Source: Tubiluchus corallicola | Taxonomy: Eukaryota > Animalia > Priapulida | NCBI GenBank assembly: GCA_030141605.1 | Contig: JAQGDQ010000185.1 | Location: 1 to 64,000 of the forward strand | Direction: 5' to 3' | Length of the DNA: 64,000 nt | Shown here: piece after piece, positions 26,915 to 40,623 of the stretch | How positions within the stretch are numbered: the first letter of the stretch is position 1 | Layout of the letters: every line of letters starts with the position of its first letter | Notes under the pieces: generated by a model | Databases searched by the model: none | Told to the model about the DNA's origin: nothing | The model's input: only the letters and a program-made list of their open reading frames with translations | Made by a program: the position numbers and the translations under genes

Positions 26915-27960
26915 GTATTTATTCAGGATAAACTTGATTGAGCAAAGCTCGTTTACAAGTACGTCCCGATTGGTGGTTGCAGTACTTTAAAATTAAGAAA
27001 AACAAATACATATAAGTACAAAAACATAAAAGTTACAAGCATACACAAAATCGCCAAACAGTGTGTAACTTATATGTAAAGAAAATAAGCAAAAACGCAG
27101 AAAAGCTAAGATTAGAAAATTGAAGTAGCTGAAAAATAATGGTCGTATAATTAAACAGGCAGGAATAATAGCGAAAACAATAAGCTGCGCACTTATTGCA
27201 AATTTAAATCAGAATTTAAGCAAGAAAACTATTTACATTTTATAAACAACAAATGTGAAAAGATGTTCACGAAGCTGCGAATAACTTACATACAGAAAAA
27301 GGACGACACCAACAACCTAAGATCCCTGTGAATATGAGAATCTGCCAGCATTGTGACAGCCAACTGACAAAAATCATTTTTTGTTTTATTGCTCTTTCTA
27401 CAATCGGTTAAGACAAACTTTTTATTCTGTTATAACAGGCATCAATTGCAATTTCACTAACTTGAACGATAATGAAAAGCTAAAATTCCCAGTGGGCTAG
27501 CGACTGCGATATAACCAAAGTAGTTGCCCATTACATTTTTTAGTTAAAAAATGAATAAATAATACTAACATGTAAATATTTATAGTATTATTTATTGTTT
27601 TTTCATGATACGCTAACTGTCTATACCTAAATTATGTATATTTGTTGTTTGTTATGTGTTTTTTGCTGTTATAGCTATAGTGTAATAGCTGTGTTTTGTA
27701 TTTTTGTATTTTATTGTTGCTTTGTTGTACGTGTGTCATTGTAACGTAATGTTTATATGCCAGTAAAATTCTTACAAACTGTAATAATAAAAAACAGAAA
27801 TGTAAATGTAAATTAAAGCAATAATAAAAACATTTACATTAGAAGTCAACTAGCTGGCATGGGGAATTAGGACTGCAACCTTGAAAATAGGGGCCGCTTT
27901 AAACATTTTTCCTGAATTCGTATTGCGCGCATTAACAATTTAGGTACACAGAAAGCTGCG
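26915..27960 (-). mobile_element. Old LINE (L2/CR1-group) 3' end, split by a nested LINE
   Basis: Minus-strand 3' terminus gggacgtacttgtaaacgagctttgctcaatcaagtttatcctgaataaata, a T-rich UTR, and a degenerate ORF end resuming at ~27812-27960. Confidence 0.4.
27230..27812 (+). mobile_element. 5'-truncated LINE 3' end (ORF2 C-terminal CCHC region, RTE-X/L2-group-like)
   Basis: Reads ANNLHTEKGRHQQPKIPVNMRICQHC...HFLFYCSFYNRLRQ, matching the LxIExGR...RICxxC...HFLxxCxxY signature. Followed by a T-rich 3' UTR, AATAAA and (AAATGT) tail repeats. Boundaries approximate. Confidence 0.8.
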
Positions 27961-29279
27961 ACCGAGCTTTCACTGAGAAGAAACCATCATGGTTTCATCT
28001 CAGGGCAAACCCAGCCTTCGAACGATTAGGTAGCATAGAATCTGCTGGCTTTAAAGTTCTTTTGGAAGTTACCTACTAGGCTAGTGATCCAGTAGTTTTT
28101 GAAAACGTTTTCTGTGCATTTAATCTCAAAAACAACCAGTAGTTCGGCAGTTTTAATAATTGTGCACCGCACGTGCTAAACCCGCCCCAATGTGAAAATC
28201 TGAAGCAGTAGCAATCTGGTCGAGTTTTTGTAAGATATATATTATTCATGGTCAGGAAAATTATGATGCGTCTTTTTCTGATCTGTGAGGATTATACTTC
28301 AATATAAAAGCAATTCGTGCAATCCGAAGTAACATGGAAAACGCATTTTATTACTGTTGAATTTACTCAATTGTACAAGACGGGCGAGTTGAGGATTTGA
28401 ATAATGTATGCCGATATTAGCGATCATACAATATTTATGACAATAAATCATCAGATATCGCAAGCAGAAAGTGCTGAATTCGGGGATTTCATCAAGTGTC
28501 GCCGACTAGAGTGAGAAACGAGCTATTGTAGCAGACTGCCAAATCTGACTGCGAGTTTATTGAGATGTGGAACCAGAACTGTCATGGTTATAATGAAGGT
28601 GTTATGTACTTTTAACTACAGCCTTAATTATAAATACGGCTTTCTTGTAGATATCAGAAATCACTTTTTGCTCGATACGGTGACTTTCAAAAGTTTTTCA
28701 AATTTTTATCAGATGGCGTTGAATTGCGCTTGAAGACGTGTGGGAGTAAAACACATTCGTGATGAGAAATGAAATATAATATTTCGTTTCTGCTTTCTTG
28801 TGACTTGCTGACTTGGTTACAAGGGCTAAATCACTCAACTGTATTTAAAATGGAGCTGCTAATTATTATTACGCATGACAAAGGTGCCTATTAGTGAATT
28901 TCTGTAATAAGTATAGTTAATCAAGTAAAAATAAATTAAAACATAAATAGTAAGGTAAGCCGACGCTTGGCAGACCAAAAAAAGGCAGTAGAATGAGAGA
29001 CAAAGAAGCAACAGTAGACAAACAATTAGCAGAAGGCGAAACAAAAAGCAAGTCAAAATCAAAAGCAATTTCAACTTTTTTAACCATACAATTGTCAAGT
29101 GACCCTATCCCAGGCAAGTGTTCTGTAAATTTCTTGACTGTTGTTACTATAGTTCTAGAGGAAACACTCAAAGTAACGCACTTTGGCTCTTATCTAGGCC
29201 CTTAATTTTTAACCGGTACATATCTGCCTTGCAGTAAGTAAATTCCAGTGAAAAAAGTTTAATTTAACTCGAGCCCTAT

Positions 29280-29500
29280 GAGGAATGAAATGATAGTCGA
29301 AAAACTGATCGACGTTCCTTGACGTTTTAGCGAGGTCACCGTTCACCACACGTAAAGGCCCCTACCCCAGGTGTTCATCCTGCAAGTTTCGTAACTCTAG
29401 CCCTCAGTCTTTGTGAGTTAACATGAATTAAAAAGTGGTAAACTAGATCGCCATGGGTTCTCCCTATATACCCTTCCTTAGCATACGCGGACAAAAAGCA
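29280..29500 (+). mobile_element. Helentron/HINE (DINE-like) non-autonomous fragment
   Basis: gcaagtttcgtaactctagc...gtgagtta and terminal ctatatacccttc motifs resemble HINE ends (from memory). Confidence 0.35.
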
Positions 29501-32500
29501 GGGCGACCCAATGCAAATTAAGGCGGAAATACTGGTAAACGTCAAGCAAATATGAGAAAGTCAATATAATGGCGATTGCTAATCAGTTACTTATCATTGA
29601 ATAAAGTTAAAATAAAGTTTAGTCTGCCTGTACCGATAAGGGATCTCCCTACTGTGAAATAAAAACAACCCAACGTTATTAAATTTATTTATTATTGTTT
29701 TAGAACATTTATAATTTTTTCCATTTTGCAAAAATATCCAATCATAAAATTTAGAAATTGTAATAAAAAAACGAATATACATGTATATACGATACCTGTT
29801 ACCTATTTCATACATGTTTATACCTGTAACATATTTCTTACAACTTTGCGACAAAGTATTGATATGTAATACCTGAGAGAACCAGAAAAACAGGAAGCGA
29901 TTAAAATTACACAAACTTTAAATATATATCCAATCAAGATGTGAACTGAAAGAATATACTTGGAACAACTACAACATTGTAATTCAGATTATTTCCTTTA
30001 GACCGGTGGTTAAACTAAATATTTTGAATAATTGTGAAAAAAGCGAAAGAAATATAAAACTTGGTATAACAGTTCTCCAGACTATATTCAGATATTCACT
30101 CTATCTTTGTCAAAGTGCAAGATAGCCGCCAAAAACAAAAATGTCAATCGAAGTTGACCAAATTGTTCTTAGAAGTAGGTGATGCATTTCAGAAATGGAG
30201 CTAAGACGAAAAATGATACCACCCAGAATTCAAGATGGCCGCCAGTATTAATATCCAAATTTTAATAACTTCATTTATAACACTAGAAAGCTGTTTTTAA
30301 GCTTTTCTAGGTGAGAAACTCAATGGATTTGCAAACCTTTTGGTATTTATTGGTAGCTTATTATTGCAAAATGCTAATGTGGCGATTATTGTGGAAGCCA
30401 AAACATTAATATGGTGATAGCACGGTGCATTATGCAACCATAAACAACATGTGTAGATGTTTAGTCTTGCAGAAACTTTTAAAAAATTTCAAAATTATGA
30501 CTCCGATTTATCGTAATTGTGGTGCGTCTAACGTTTCTAGGTTGCAAGTGACGTGCTTGCAAATTGTCCATATAAGAAACAAAATTAATTTTACAACATT
30601 GGTATAATTGACGGAAAAGAAAGGGCGTCCATACAGGCGTACATTACAAGTATAAGCCTTATAAATTGTTAACAGACATTTTTGTCATTTATGTAGAAAG
30701 ATCATGTTAAGAAATCCCAATGTATTTGTTACTCGGGAGCTTAATTTCTGCAGCAAAAAGAAAATTTAATATTTGTAGAAACAGTTATCGCCAGATTGGT
30801 ATATCGTGGTTTGATGTTACAGTACACTACCTATAGTTCGATAAGAACTAAAGTAAAAAAAACAATTAAATTATTTATCAAAGCACAACAATATAAGCAA
30901 GCTAATGAAAAGATTTAGTTTACAATATTACATTCAATTTTAAACACTTTCGCCATGCACCACCATGACCATGTTTTAGTAACATAATCATCTAGACTAA
31001 AAAGTGCACAGAGAATGGATTTTTTGAAAACCAAATCTGAACAAAACAAAATCATGCAGCTTTCAAATTAAGCCGTTTTACAAACCTAAAAGTTTTGTCA
31101 TCTTTTTACGCAAAGTGTTTGAATTATGAAGCCAGTGTGACTGCACTGCTCGGATATATTTTTCTTTCTTTCAGTGTACATGCGCGCATGCTTTTCATAT
31201 TCATACTTTTCTAATACTTTCCAGACTTCCTGCGTCGACAAGAGATCTGCAGTGCGCATGCGTGCCTTCAGGATGTTTATATCGGCGGGTTTCTCTCACA
31301 CAGGATGACCGCCAACGCGTCGAAGATGCGATGTTCGTGTTTTGAGAGTTTAAAGTTTATCGGAAAACATTTGGCGTGAGAGATAATCCTACCTCTCAGA
31401 AATAGCTGATACATTTTTACTGTGTGGCGTTACTGTAGGACCAACTGAATCAAGTTTCACCAAATAGACACTCAGAGAAGGCATCGGATCACACCACCGT
31501 AGAAGAGAGAAAAATTTTCTATAGCGTGAAGGTAGGACGCGAATTCCTCCAAAAAGCTCGTTACAATAAAAACGTACCTATGCACGTATTGTCTGGTAGT
31601 TAAACGTTAAATAAGGTGGAACAACTCTCAAACTATCTAAACTCTCCGCAAAAATAGCTTTTACAATTTGCAAGCACAATCAAACGGTTTCAGGACTTTC
31701 AAAATGGCTTCAAATGCTGCTGGTAATATTAATACCTGGTAACTTACTGGTAATATTAATACCGAAAGTGCACATCACAGTAATGACAGGATTTCTGACG
31801 TTGTTCCTTTGTGCACGTATTGGTAGGTGGTAATGAACCCCAAATTCCCAATGGCTTCATGCTACTCTCATACCATTCCATTTTTACATGTCACTCTGAT
31901 TTTTACTTATTTTTTTACAGATTTTTAACTTTCTATTATAGTTGCCCAGAGCACAAGGCTAATTGGTAAAAGAAATGTTATCATAGAATTTAGTTAATAG
32001 ATCAAAGCGAACAATGATTTTTTGTTCTATTGAAACTTTGAAGACATCGGATTAATATTTGCAAGGTTTCCCGACTTTATTATCTTATCCGTATTTAATA
32101 AGCTACTTGATCATATTGCAAATTCTTTTTATTATTTTTTTGTCGAAAGTTGTGCATTTAGACATTCTTTCACATAAGCTTTATTTTTTCTTTAATTAAA
32201 GTGTTAGTCAGTTATAAAATCCATTAACGAAGTCATCAAGGCTTTTTATATGTTTTGTAAATTAATGCTCAGTATTAAGCTTTTGATAACAAAATTATTA
32301 CAGTTTAATAAGCAGAACAAGAAATTTTGTGTCATTATGTTTTTCATTGATCTTCCGATTGGTACAACGTATATGGCCTAAAACCTACTTCATATTTAAG
32401 CGCCTAAATTTCTGAACCAGCTTAAGGGCTCGGCGTTTCAACGCCTGGCTGGAAACAGGCATGTTGGTTTTGGATCGAGTTGTAATTCTCGTGAAGTTCT

Positions 32501-35381
32501 GGCGTTCGGTGCCTGAACCTTTCCACGGCGATGCATTTATACAAGCTTAAAACATTTATAAACGCTATAAACGCTATATAAATTAATATTGCGAGTAATA
32601 AAGGTACAGAAAGATGCAATTACCTGGGAGATATTTTAGCGATATTAACTTCTCTTAAACGTGGTTATTCTACTTCATATTTAACTCACAAATAGATGAG
32701 CGATAACTGTATACTTTGCGCGGATATATAGAATTGATGTACACGTAAATTTTTATAACTTTTAATAATGCTCTGATTTATAAAGCAAAAGGTTACTTGA
32801 TAGTTTACGTGCAAATGGCTGTTCAAATGATCGCTTAAGTGTCATTCTCGTTGTCACGATGATCAACGGCAGTTCTAATCGCGTTGCACATAATCTATCG
32901 ATGGAACTCGATGAAAGCCGAAATTGCCCGCAGAATGACATTGAAACCCAGATTTTTTCAAAATTGGTAGCATTTAAATTCCGCAAAACCAAATTTTGAA
33001 ATGACATCTATAGAATAAACAGGCGCGTGAATATAACATCATTCGTTCGTTATCCATTTGCCTGCTTATTCGTCAAGCGATGACGTCACGCTTATTTGTA
33101 GTGACCGCGCATATTCCCAGTGATCTTTGGCCAAATATTAAACCCTGATTTTTGAACAAAGTTTCAAGTTTCAACTTTATTCTAGACTCAATATGCACTG
33201 TGAAATGAATTTCTACAGAGCATTGAAGTGTCGGCGCTTTTTTCAGCTTCACAGAACGCTTACCTATCATTTTCAGCAGGAAAAACAACAATAAACGTAG
33301 CTCTAGATGGTAAGCCAAGGTTTGAATTGCCAAAGGTGTTTTAGCTACATTTGCTGCATTAGCACTTACATACACTCCTTCAAAGAATTAATTAAAGAGG
33401 GCAATTTATCAAATGAAGTTCTCTAGAAGCTCTTCTGGGAGCGATAACTCAGCTATTTTTCACGAGGTATGGCGTAGTTTAATTTAGGTTAATCTTTGGC
33501 TCATTTAAGGTTTGGCTAAACACACCTTGTCCACTCAGCTATTCCCTACACCTATGGTGCTTTACATTTCACACATATGCTACTTTGCACTCTGTTTAGA
33601 CAATTTTATGAAACCACTTAGCTAAATGGCTTCAAACTCTTAATCTCAAAAGTTAAATCAGTTAAATACCACGTCTTAAGACCACGTAATTAAGATTATC
33701 TGATAATACAAGAACAGTCGTTGCAAACATGCTAGATGATTTCGGGTATGGAACCATTTGTTTGGAGCTTACATAAATGTCGCTTTACGACATTTTTATC
33801 CGCGAGCAGTGCATTTCACTATTATGATAGCCAGCGAGTTTAGTCGTCAATGTCGTCCACGTTTAATTCGTGTTAACTGGCAAACGCAGAGTACTAGGTC
33901 AAAAATCTTGTAGGGATGGCACGTGGTATGTGAACAGTGACCCACACTAAAGAGTCAAAGACATGGGACATCAGTCATTTCGAGTCATAACATTGACTAA
34001 CTGGAAAACTATAGTACGCAGTGTCGAGAAACTTGCGAGGTAAATACCTGGGGTAGAGCCTCAAACAATGGTATGGTTAAAAACTATGATTGCTTTACGG
34101 CCCGAGATTGGAGCCAAAATACGAAAATTGGGGAAAAACTGGTCTGTTACACATGAGTAAACAGCTATGGCTAGGCGTATTCAAGTAATAATTAGTCCAA
34201 CGCACACTGTCACACATGTGCGGTAAAATCCTTGACATGAGTTTTTGAGAGTTTTGACATGAGTAAAACACATATGACCAGGCATAGTCAAGTCATAAGC
34301 GCGGTCCTGCATCTAAATTCATTCAGGGTTGTTTAGCCTTGAATTGCTTAACCCGATTCGCTGTTTTCTTTGTTTACTCTGGAGGAACTGCGACAATAAC
34401 CCAGAACGCGACAACCTACAAATTAATGAATTTCTGGACACGTATAAAACACTGACGAGCACTTTACGCAATTACCTCTATGCGACGAGGTTTTGCTATG
34501 TCGTAATTGGTAAACACGATGCAATTTGTTCACGGCAAATAACAGATATCCAGAGTCACAGCGGCGTAGACGGGCAAAACTCAAATTAACCTGCCTTGCA
34601 TTCACTTTTTAAACCAAACACAGAATCCCGCTACGCGCTTTAAAGGGATAAATTTTAATGCCGTTTTACGTGTAAGCAAGTACATATTACCGTAATTACA
34701 TTTAAAAACTAAAACCAAGTATTACAATTTACATTATAGTAGATGAATTTAATAGATATGATAGCTGCTGCCGTTGCCTTTACAAGATGCATAAATACGG
34801 CTCTTTGACACTTAAATAAGTTGAGGAAATTAAACATATTCAGTCAAACGTAAAGACGCTTTTGATCGTTCCAAGATAGGTCAAACAGCCTTTAAGTCAG
34901 CCTTAGTATTTAATTGTGCTTTCTGCATAGAATTTCCGTGCATAATAAATTTACCCATTGAACTGCTATTCGCTTAATCCACAATATAGAGGTAAAAGCA
35001 CCTTTATGGATTGCGGGTAAAGCTTTTGGTGTAGAACTGGTGATAAGAATCCTCCTATTTTGCAATTCGAACTCAGAACCCTACTTCAGCCATTATATTG
35101 AAATATAAATAATTTTATGACAAAGATCATCTGATTATGCTGAAGGTGAAATGCTTGTTTTTTTTTCACTTATACACCGTGCAATTTCATTTTCTTCGAT
35201 ATCATCTTTCAAAATTCAAAAACATGACACTTCTTGTCTATCCTTGCCTCGTAAAAAGAGATAAATAAGTTTATCTATTATTAAAATCAAAAGCTTGAAC
35301 ACAAAACAAGACAAAAACTACAAAAACATAAAAAAATAAGCAAGGTAGAACGTACAGCGACAAAAAATATTTGAAAATAAC

Positions 35382-35645
35382 CTATACTATACTATACTAT
35401 ACTATACTATACTATACTATACTATACTATACTATACTATACTATACTATACTATACTATACTATACTATACTATACTATACCATACTATACCATGCCAT
35501 ACATACCATACCATGCCATGCCATACCATGCCATACCATGCCATACCATACCATACCATACCATACCATACCATACCATACCATACCATACCATACCATA
35601 CCATACCATACCATACCATACTATGCTATACTATACATACCATAC
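35382..35645. repeat. Compound pentanucleotide microsatellite (TATAC)n>(CATGC)>(CATAC)n
   Basis: Directly visible. Confidence 0.97.
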
Positions 35646-36789
35646 TTGAAGTTTTTTAACCTATCTTTTGTGTTTTGGTAAAGGGCATTTGAGATGGTGG
35701 TGAGTGCTGTGTCTGTGAGTAAATACTTCTGGCAGTAAAGTATGGATTACAATTCTGTGATTTGAATGTGGCCAAATTTTTGCAAACATTTTCACGGCAA
35801 GTAAATAAAGGTTGAGGTTGGTCAATACTAAAAAGTAAACGTTTTCAGTGAACGTTTTTGAGCAGTATCCATCAAGCCGGTAAAGTTTTGGGAAAGAATT
35901 ACAGCATAAAAGTACAAATTGCAAAAATTTAAAAGAATATGAATGGCAAAACACGCTGCAGTATAACAAAGTTGTTCGTGTACTGACATTTATTTTTCTC
36001 CACCATGCATAGCGTTTTATGGCGTCAAAATATAGATGTGATAAAATCGAATCTATGGCAAAATGAAGCATCTTTGCAGCTTGCCAGAAGTAGTTGTCGC
36101 CTACATATGGACATGTGAATTTTAGCACTAGTCCCAGGTGTCTTTATTGAGGTTTATGGCAACCAGGAACTGCAGTAAAGTTTCGCTTTAACTCTTCAAC
36201 TACCAAAATGCAAAACGTTACCCTTATCCGGCTACAATTATTTACCCAAATTACATGAACTATAGCCTCCTCCATGCATAGTAACCGAACTGTTAATAAA
36301 AATTGTTATGGCTTTAGAAAGATAAGAAAGGAAGGAAAATGCTATTTTTTGGGCACACCGTACCACTTTTTATTGATGAGACAACAGATGGAACATGGAT
36401 AAGCTGTTCTATAATTAAAGGCGCTCTAGCAATGAAAGGCGACAGAAAAGTAAGTAATTTTATAAAAACTTTACTGCAGCTGTGACAACTGAATTACTTT
36501 CTCAGCAAAAGCTTTTAGTGACAAAAACGCCTTCGTCAGGCTGCGTATAAGTGGCAATTTAGTGGAAGTGCTGTATGCAACGTTTACAGTTGGCACTGCG
36601 CTCAATCTCAGTAGTGTCATGGTCATTGTCAACGTCACCACCGTTGACGCTGTTGTTGTGTTCAGCGACACTTGCTTCCAACAGTATAATTATGGTTTTT
36701 AAGCTTTTACAGACTCGGTATCCACGTTTTGTTATGCTGTGTCAATACGATTCTCAAAATTGTTATTGACAAGTAAAGATATTATTTTC

Positions 36790-37160
36790 TTTCTTTATGT
36801 CATTATCATTGCCATCATCCTAGTTATTCTTTGTCATCAGATATTTATTTCAATTGTCTTAATTGTTTTACTGTAATTACCATCATCAGCATCTCCACTA
36901 TTATTGTCATTGTTATTCCCACCAATATGTATTGGGTGTTCTTCACCATCATCATTCTTATCTTCATTTTCAGTACCACCATCGTAATCTTTGTAGGCAC
37001 CATCATTTTCCTTGTAGTTGTCGTCATGATTATCATGATTACATTGCTATCATCAGCTTTCTAATTGTCATCATGATAGCATTATCAAGGTCTTCGCTGC
37101 CACTATCATTGCACTCACCATCATCAGATTCATCGTTGTCGACATCATTATCACATCGTC
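36790..37160. repeat. Degenerate (ATC/ATT)-rich low-complexity tract
   Basis: Cryptic trinucleotide periodicity; explains the Ile-rich and His-rich ORFs. Confidence 0.8.
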
Positions 37161-37829
37161 CTAAACAGTGTTCCTTCAATAACCAGTACAAAGTTAAACA
37201 AGTAAACGATTCGTTAGCGATTTCCTGTATATAAATGAAAACTGGTATTGAAATGATGTTGTGAATGGCAATTGGTTAGTAAATGGTTATTACAATTATA
37301 ATAAGTTCTTAAAATTTGATGTAACAAATCTTGTACAAGTTGGATGTCAAAAAAGCAAAACGTCTTGTAAATCAGCAATTGCAAAAACACATAGCTCTAC
37401 AATTGCGAACGGATAACATGTCACCGTGACATAAGGTTGACACTACGATACGATCCTGGAATGACATCTGCTTCAGTTTTTAATTAATAAATTGCTGTTA
37501 CCATTAGTAATATTTTCTTTTGGGAAAAATAATTAATAGCAAACCAAGTTAGATCACGTCGCTAGGGTCACAGGTGTAATGAACCAGCGTTATTTTATAA
37601 TGCATTATGCCATCAAAAGGCACCGCTTTTTGTACATTTACATAAACGTGGCTGCGGCGCAATTGACTATAAACTAAACAAATTTTGATGACAGGATAAA
37701 ATGACAGGAAAGAAAAACAACACCGTCGTTACATAACATTTTTATGGAGTTAGTGACACGTGCCGCTGAGCTTAATAAGTTGTTTCTGGTGGTGTTAATA
37801 CAACTTTATACGCCTCAACGCTGATCAGA

Positions 37830-37960
37830 GTATGACCTTATTCCGCTGCTGGTTCTGATTAAGAAATTTACACTAGGGGCGTTTAAGCCTAATCACAACA
37901 TTAAGGAAAATATTGGAACAAAACTGCTGAAGCGGCAATGCTGTACCCTGTGTGTTTGGT
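37830..37960 (+). mobile_element. Possible THAP-domain remnant in transposon debris
   Basis: LLK..NAVPCVF at 37937-37957 resembles the THAP AVPTIF box; degenerate PYSAAG upstream; no open frame. Confidence 0.25.
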
Positions 37961-38420
37961 CGCAATAACAGTGCAATGATTTGCGCCGCTAACGATGATT
38001 TAGAATTGTGCATAAATAGAATGGAATATTTGCAGTGAATTATTCACATGTGTTGGTTAATAATGAATTCACCCACATGAAGGAAGCCATACCCTGTGTT
38101 ATGCCTTGCAGTTTCGTGTTCACATGAATTCTCTGCGATACTGGAATTTGTAACCTAAAGTTCATTCCACCGATTTAGCACTTCTTCCACGTTTATTAGT
38201 CGATTTATATTTAAGTTATATGTAATAATTGTCCAATCAGTAACTCATTACTAACCCCTTCATTTATTATTTAAACTAAGCTGTGGTTCTTTTGTACAGT
38301 TTTTTATTTTGTGTGTATAGTTTTATAATCTGAATCACTTATCTGTTTTATATAGTTCTTTATGCACTGATCTAAATCTAAAAAAAATTAAATCCATACA
38401 AGTGTACTTATAATTTATAA

Positions 38421-39593
38421 GGCCCGTGACACATGGAGAAAGGCCTAAAGCCATAATCCATAATCCGTCAGTCATAAGGCGTCTTCCATCTTCCATAAAG
38501 CAGACGTAATCCGCGGTATGCGCTTTGCTCTGTGTAACTAGCAAGGCCTTTAGCCATAATGTATTTTTGGCGGGATGTGTGAATCAATAATTTATTACCG
38601 TAATTTATTAGTTTACCTGATTCAAAATGAGACAACCACTGGATCCGGTTGCCTTTTTTACATAATGCGGCGTATTAAAAAATTAAGGAGAAACAAACAA
38701 TATGGGCTAGATCCATTTACTGCAACAGGCAATGCGAAGGTGGATCATTTGTCATAATAATATTGCAAAAAAATCAAGAATGATGGTTCAACTAGACTAG
38801 AATGCCCCTCCAATTTTTTTACGAAATTTTGGCACTGACAAAAGATCGCATGGCGCCAGGTTGCACAAGTAACAGGCGAAAAACGACTGTTACTGTTAAT
38901 TATGTTAAACAAAACATTTAATTTTCGATGAAAAAGATGACTACGATCATTCACTGCATTAAGACTAGTACAAAGCCATCAAGGACACTAATAATGTTTA
39001 TTATTACGATATGTATTAGCACTTAGTATAGTATAATGAAACCATACACATCTAGAGCCGACCGGTTGGGATGCCAAAACATTTGTATTAATTGCAAATT
39101 TCATTCGCGTACATTTAAGTAATTTTGCTCATTACGGAATAACAGGTTTCCTTAAAAAAATGTTATGTAAAAACCGTTAATCTGCACCTATCTAATTGAT
39201 TTTTAGTAAAATGTCATGTTTAAAAAATGTTTTTTATTGTTTATAGGATGATTTTGTCATGAATAAATCCTCTGTTACGATATAACTGCATTATGCACCG
39301 TGAAAACCACAAATGCGCTCACTAAGGTGTTAGCGCTGACCAAAAACGCCCTATGACAAATGATATTATTGCCAAATTCATTTCGCAATAAGGCGCCTTA
39401 TGAACTACTCAAAACGGCTGGCGATGAGCCTACTTCGGATTATGTCAAACGCCTTATGGTAGGCGGAAGACGGCAAATGGATTATCTGTGTGGCAGGGAC
39501 CATTGGTTTGCATATGTTCATTTTCATGAGGCGGCTTAATCTCTTCACTGTTTGTGCTTTACGGAATATGTCCAGCTCTGTCTGACACGGGCC
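38421..39593. mobile_element. Non-autonomous PIF/Harbinger element (~1.17 kb)
   Basis: TIR GGCCCGTG(A/T)CA with TAA TSD on both sides (38418-38420, 39594-39596). Subterminal inverted similarity gtcttccatcttccataaagc..gacgtaatccg / cggattatgtc..ccttatggtaggcggaagac. Confidence 0.85.
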
Positions 39594-40469
39594 TAAAGAT
39601 GGTTTAAAGTTGCTTACATAGATGACACATTTACTCAGTAATTTTTATATGTAAATCGGATTCGTTAATCTGTTAATCTAAACGAACTCTGTTAATCTAA
39701 AAATAATAAGCCAAAGAATTTACCTGAAATCGGCAATTACCCAACCTTTAATTATTGGACATTTTGGACAGATATGCTGCAGATACGCCCAGGTAAATCA
39801 CTCACAAGAAAAAAAAAACTTGTGAGTCCGGAGTTATCTGATGCGATAAACATGGAATTAATTTATTAAGTATGAAAAAGTGGTTCCAAGTAACAAAAAA
39901 CCAATTAACAGTTGAAATTAGGAAATTACAGCAGTTTTACAAAAATATGACATGTTTCCAATGGTAGTTTATCTGTTTCTATCTTATAGCAAAAATAGTA
40001 GATTGTTGCATTAATTTGCGCGAGAAAAATAATAGCAGCTACATTAGCAAAACGTACAATTTGGTAGCATCTTGGATAACAAAAATGGTAATTATTACCT
40101 TCATAAGAATAAAAAACGTCAAAGAGAAATAGCTATAATCGTACACGTGTAAATGTGAATAGGAAAATTAGCTCAGGAATGTCAGGTGACTATACCTAAA
40201 GTTGTCTTCTGACATCTGATTGGCTGTTAGGGGGAACATTTAAAAGGGTTAAACTAACAATTTAACTAACATGGCAACTAACAAGACTTCAAAAATGTTC
40301 AGATGTCGTTAGAGCTTATATATGCTTTCCAGCCAAAATTAAAAGACCGTGAAAGCGAAAGTTAGGCAGTGTTAGTGATATGATACTGCAAGAGAAAATG
40401 AATTTTACTAAGCTTTACACAAGTACTTATTTTGTACAAAGTGGTGTATAAATATTATTTAATCTGCTC

Positions 40470-40623
<154 letters not shown>

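Noticed and set aside
35661-36128. Longest ORF in the track (155 aa, minus strand)
   Set aside because: GTG start, no in-frame acceptor, composition typical of random AT-rich DNA, no recognisable domain
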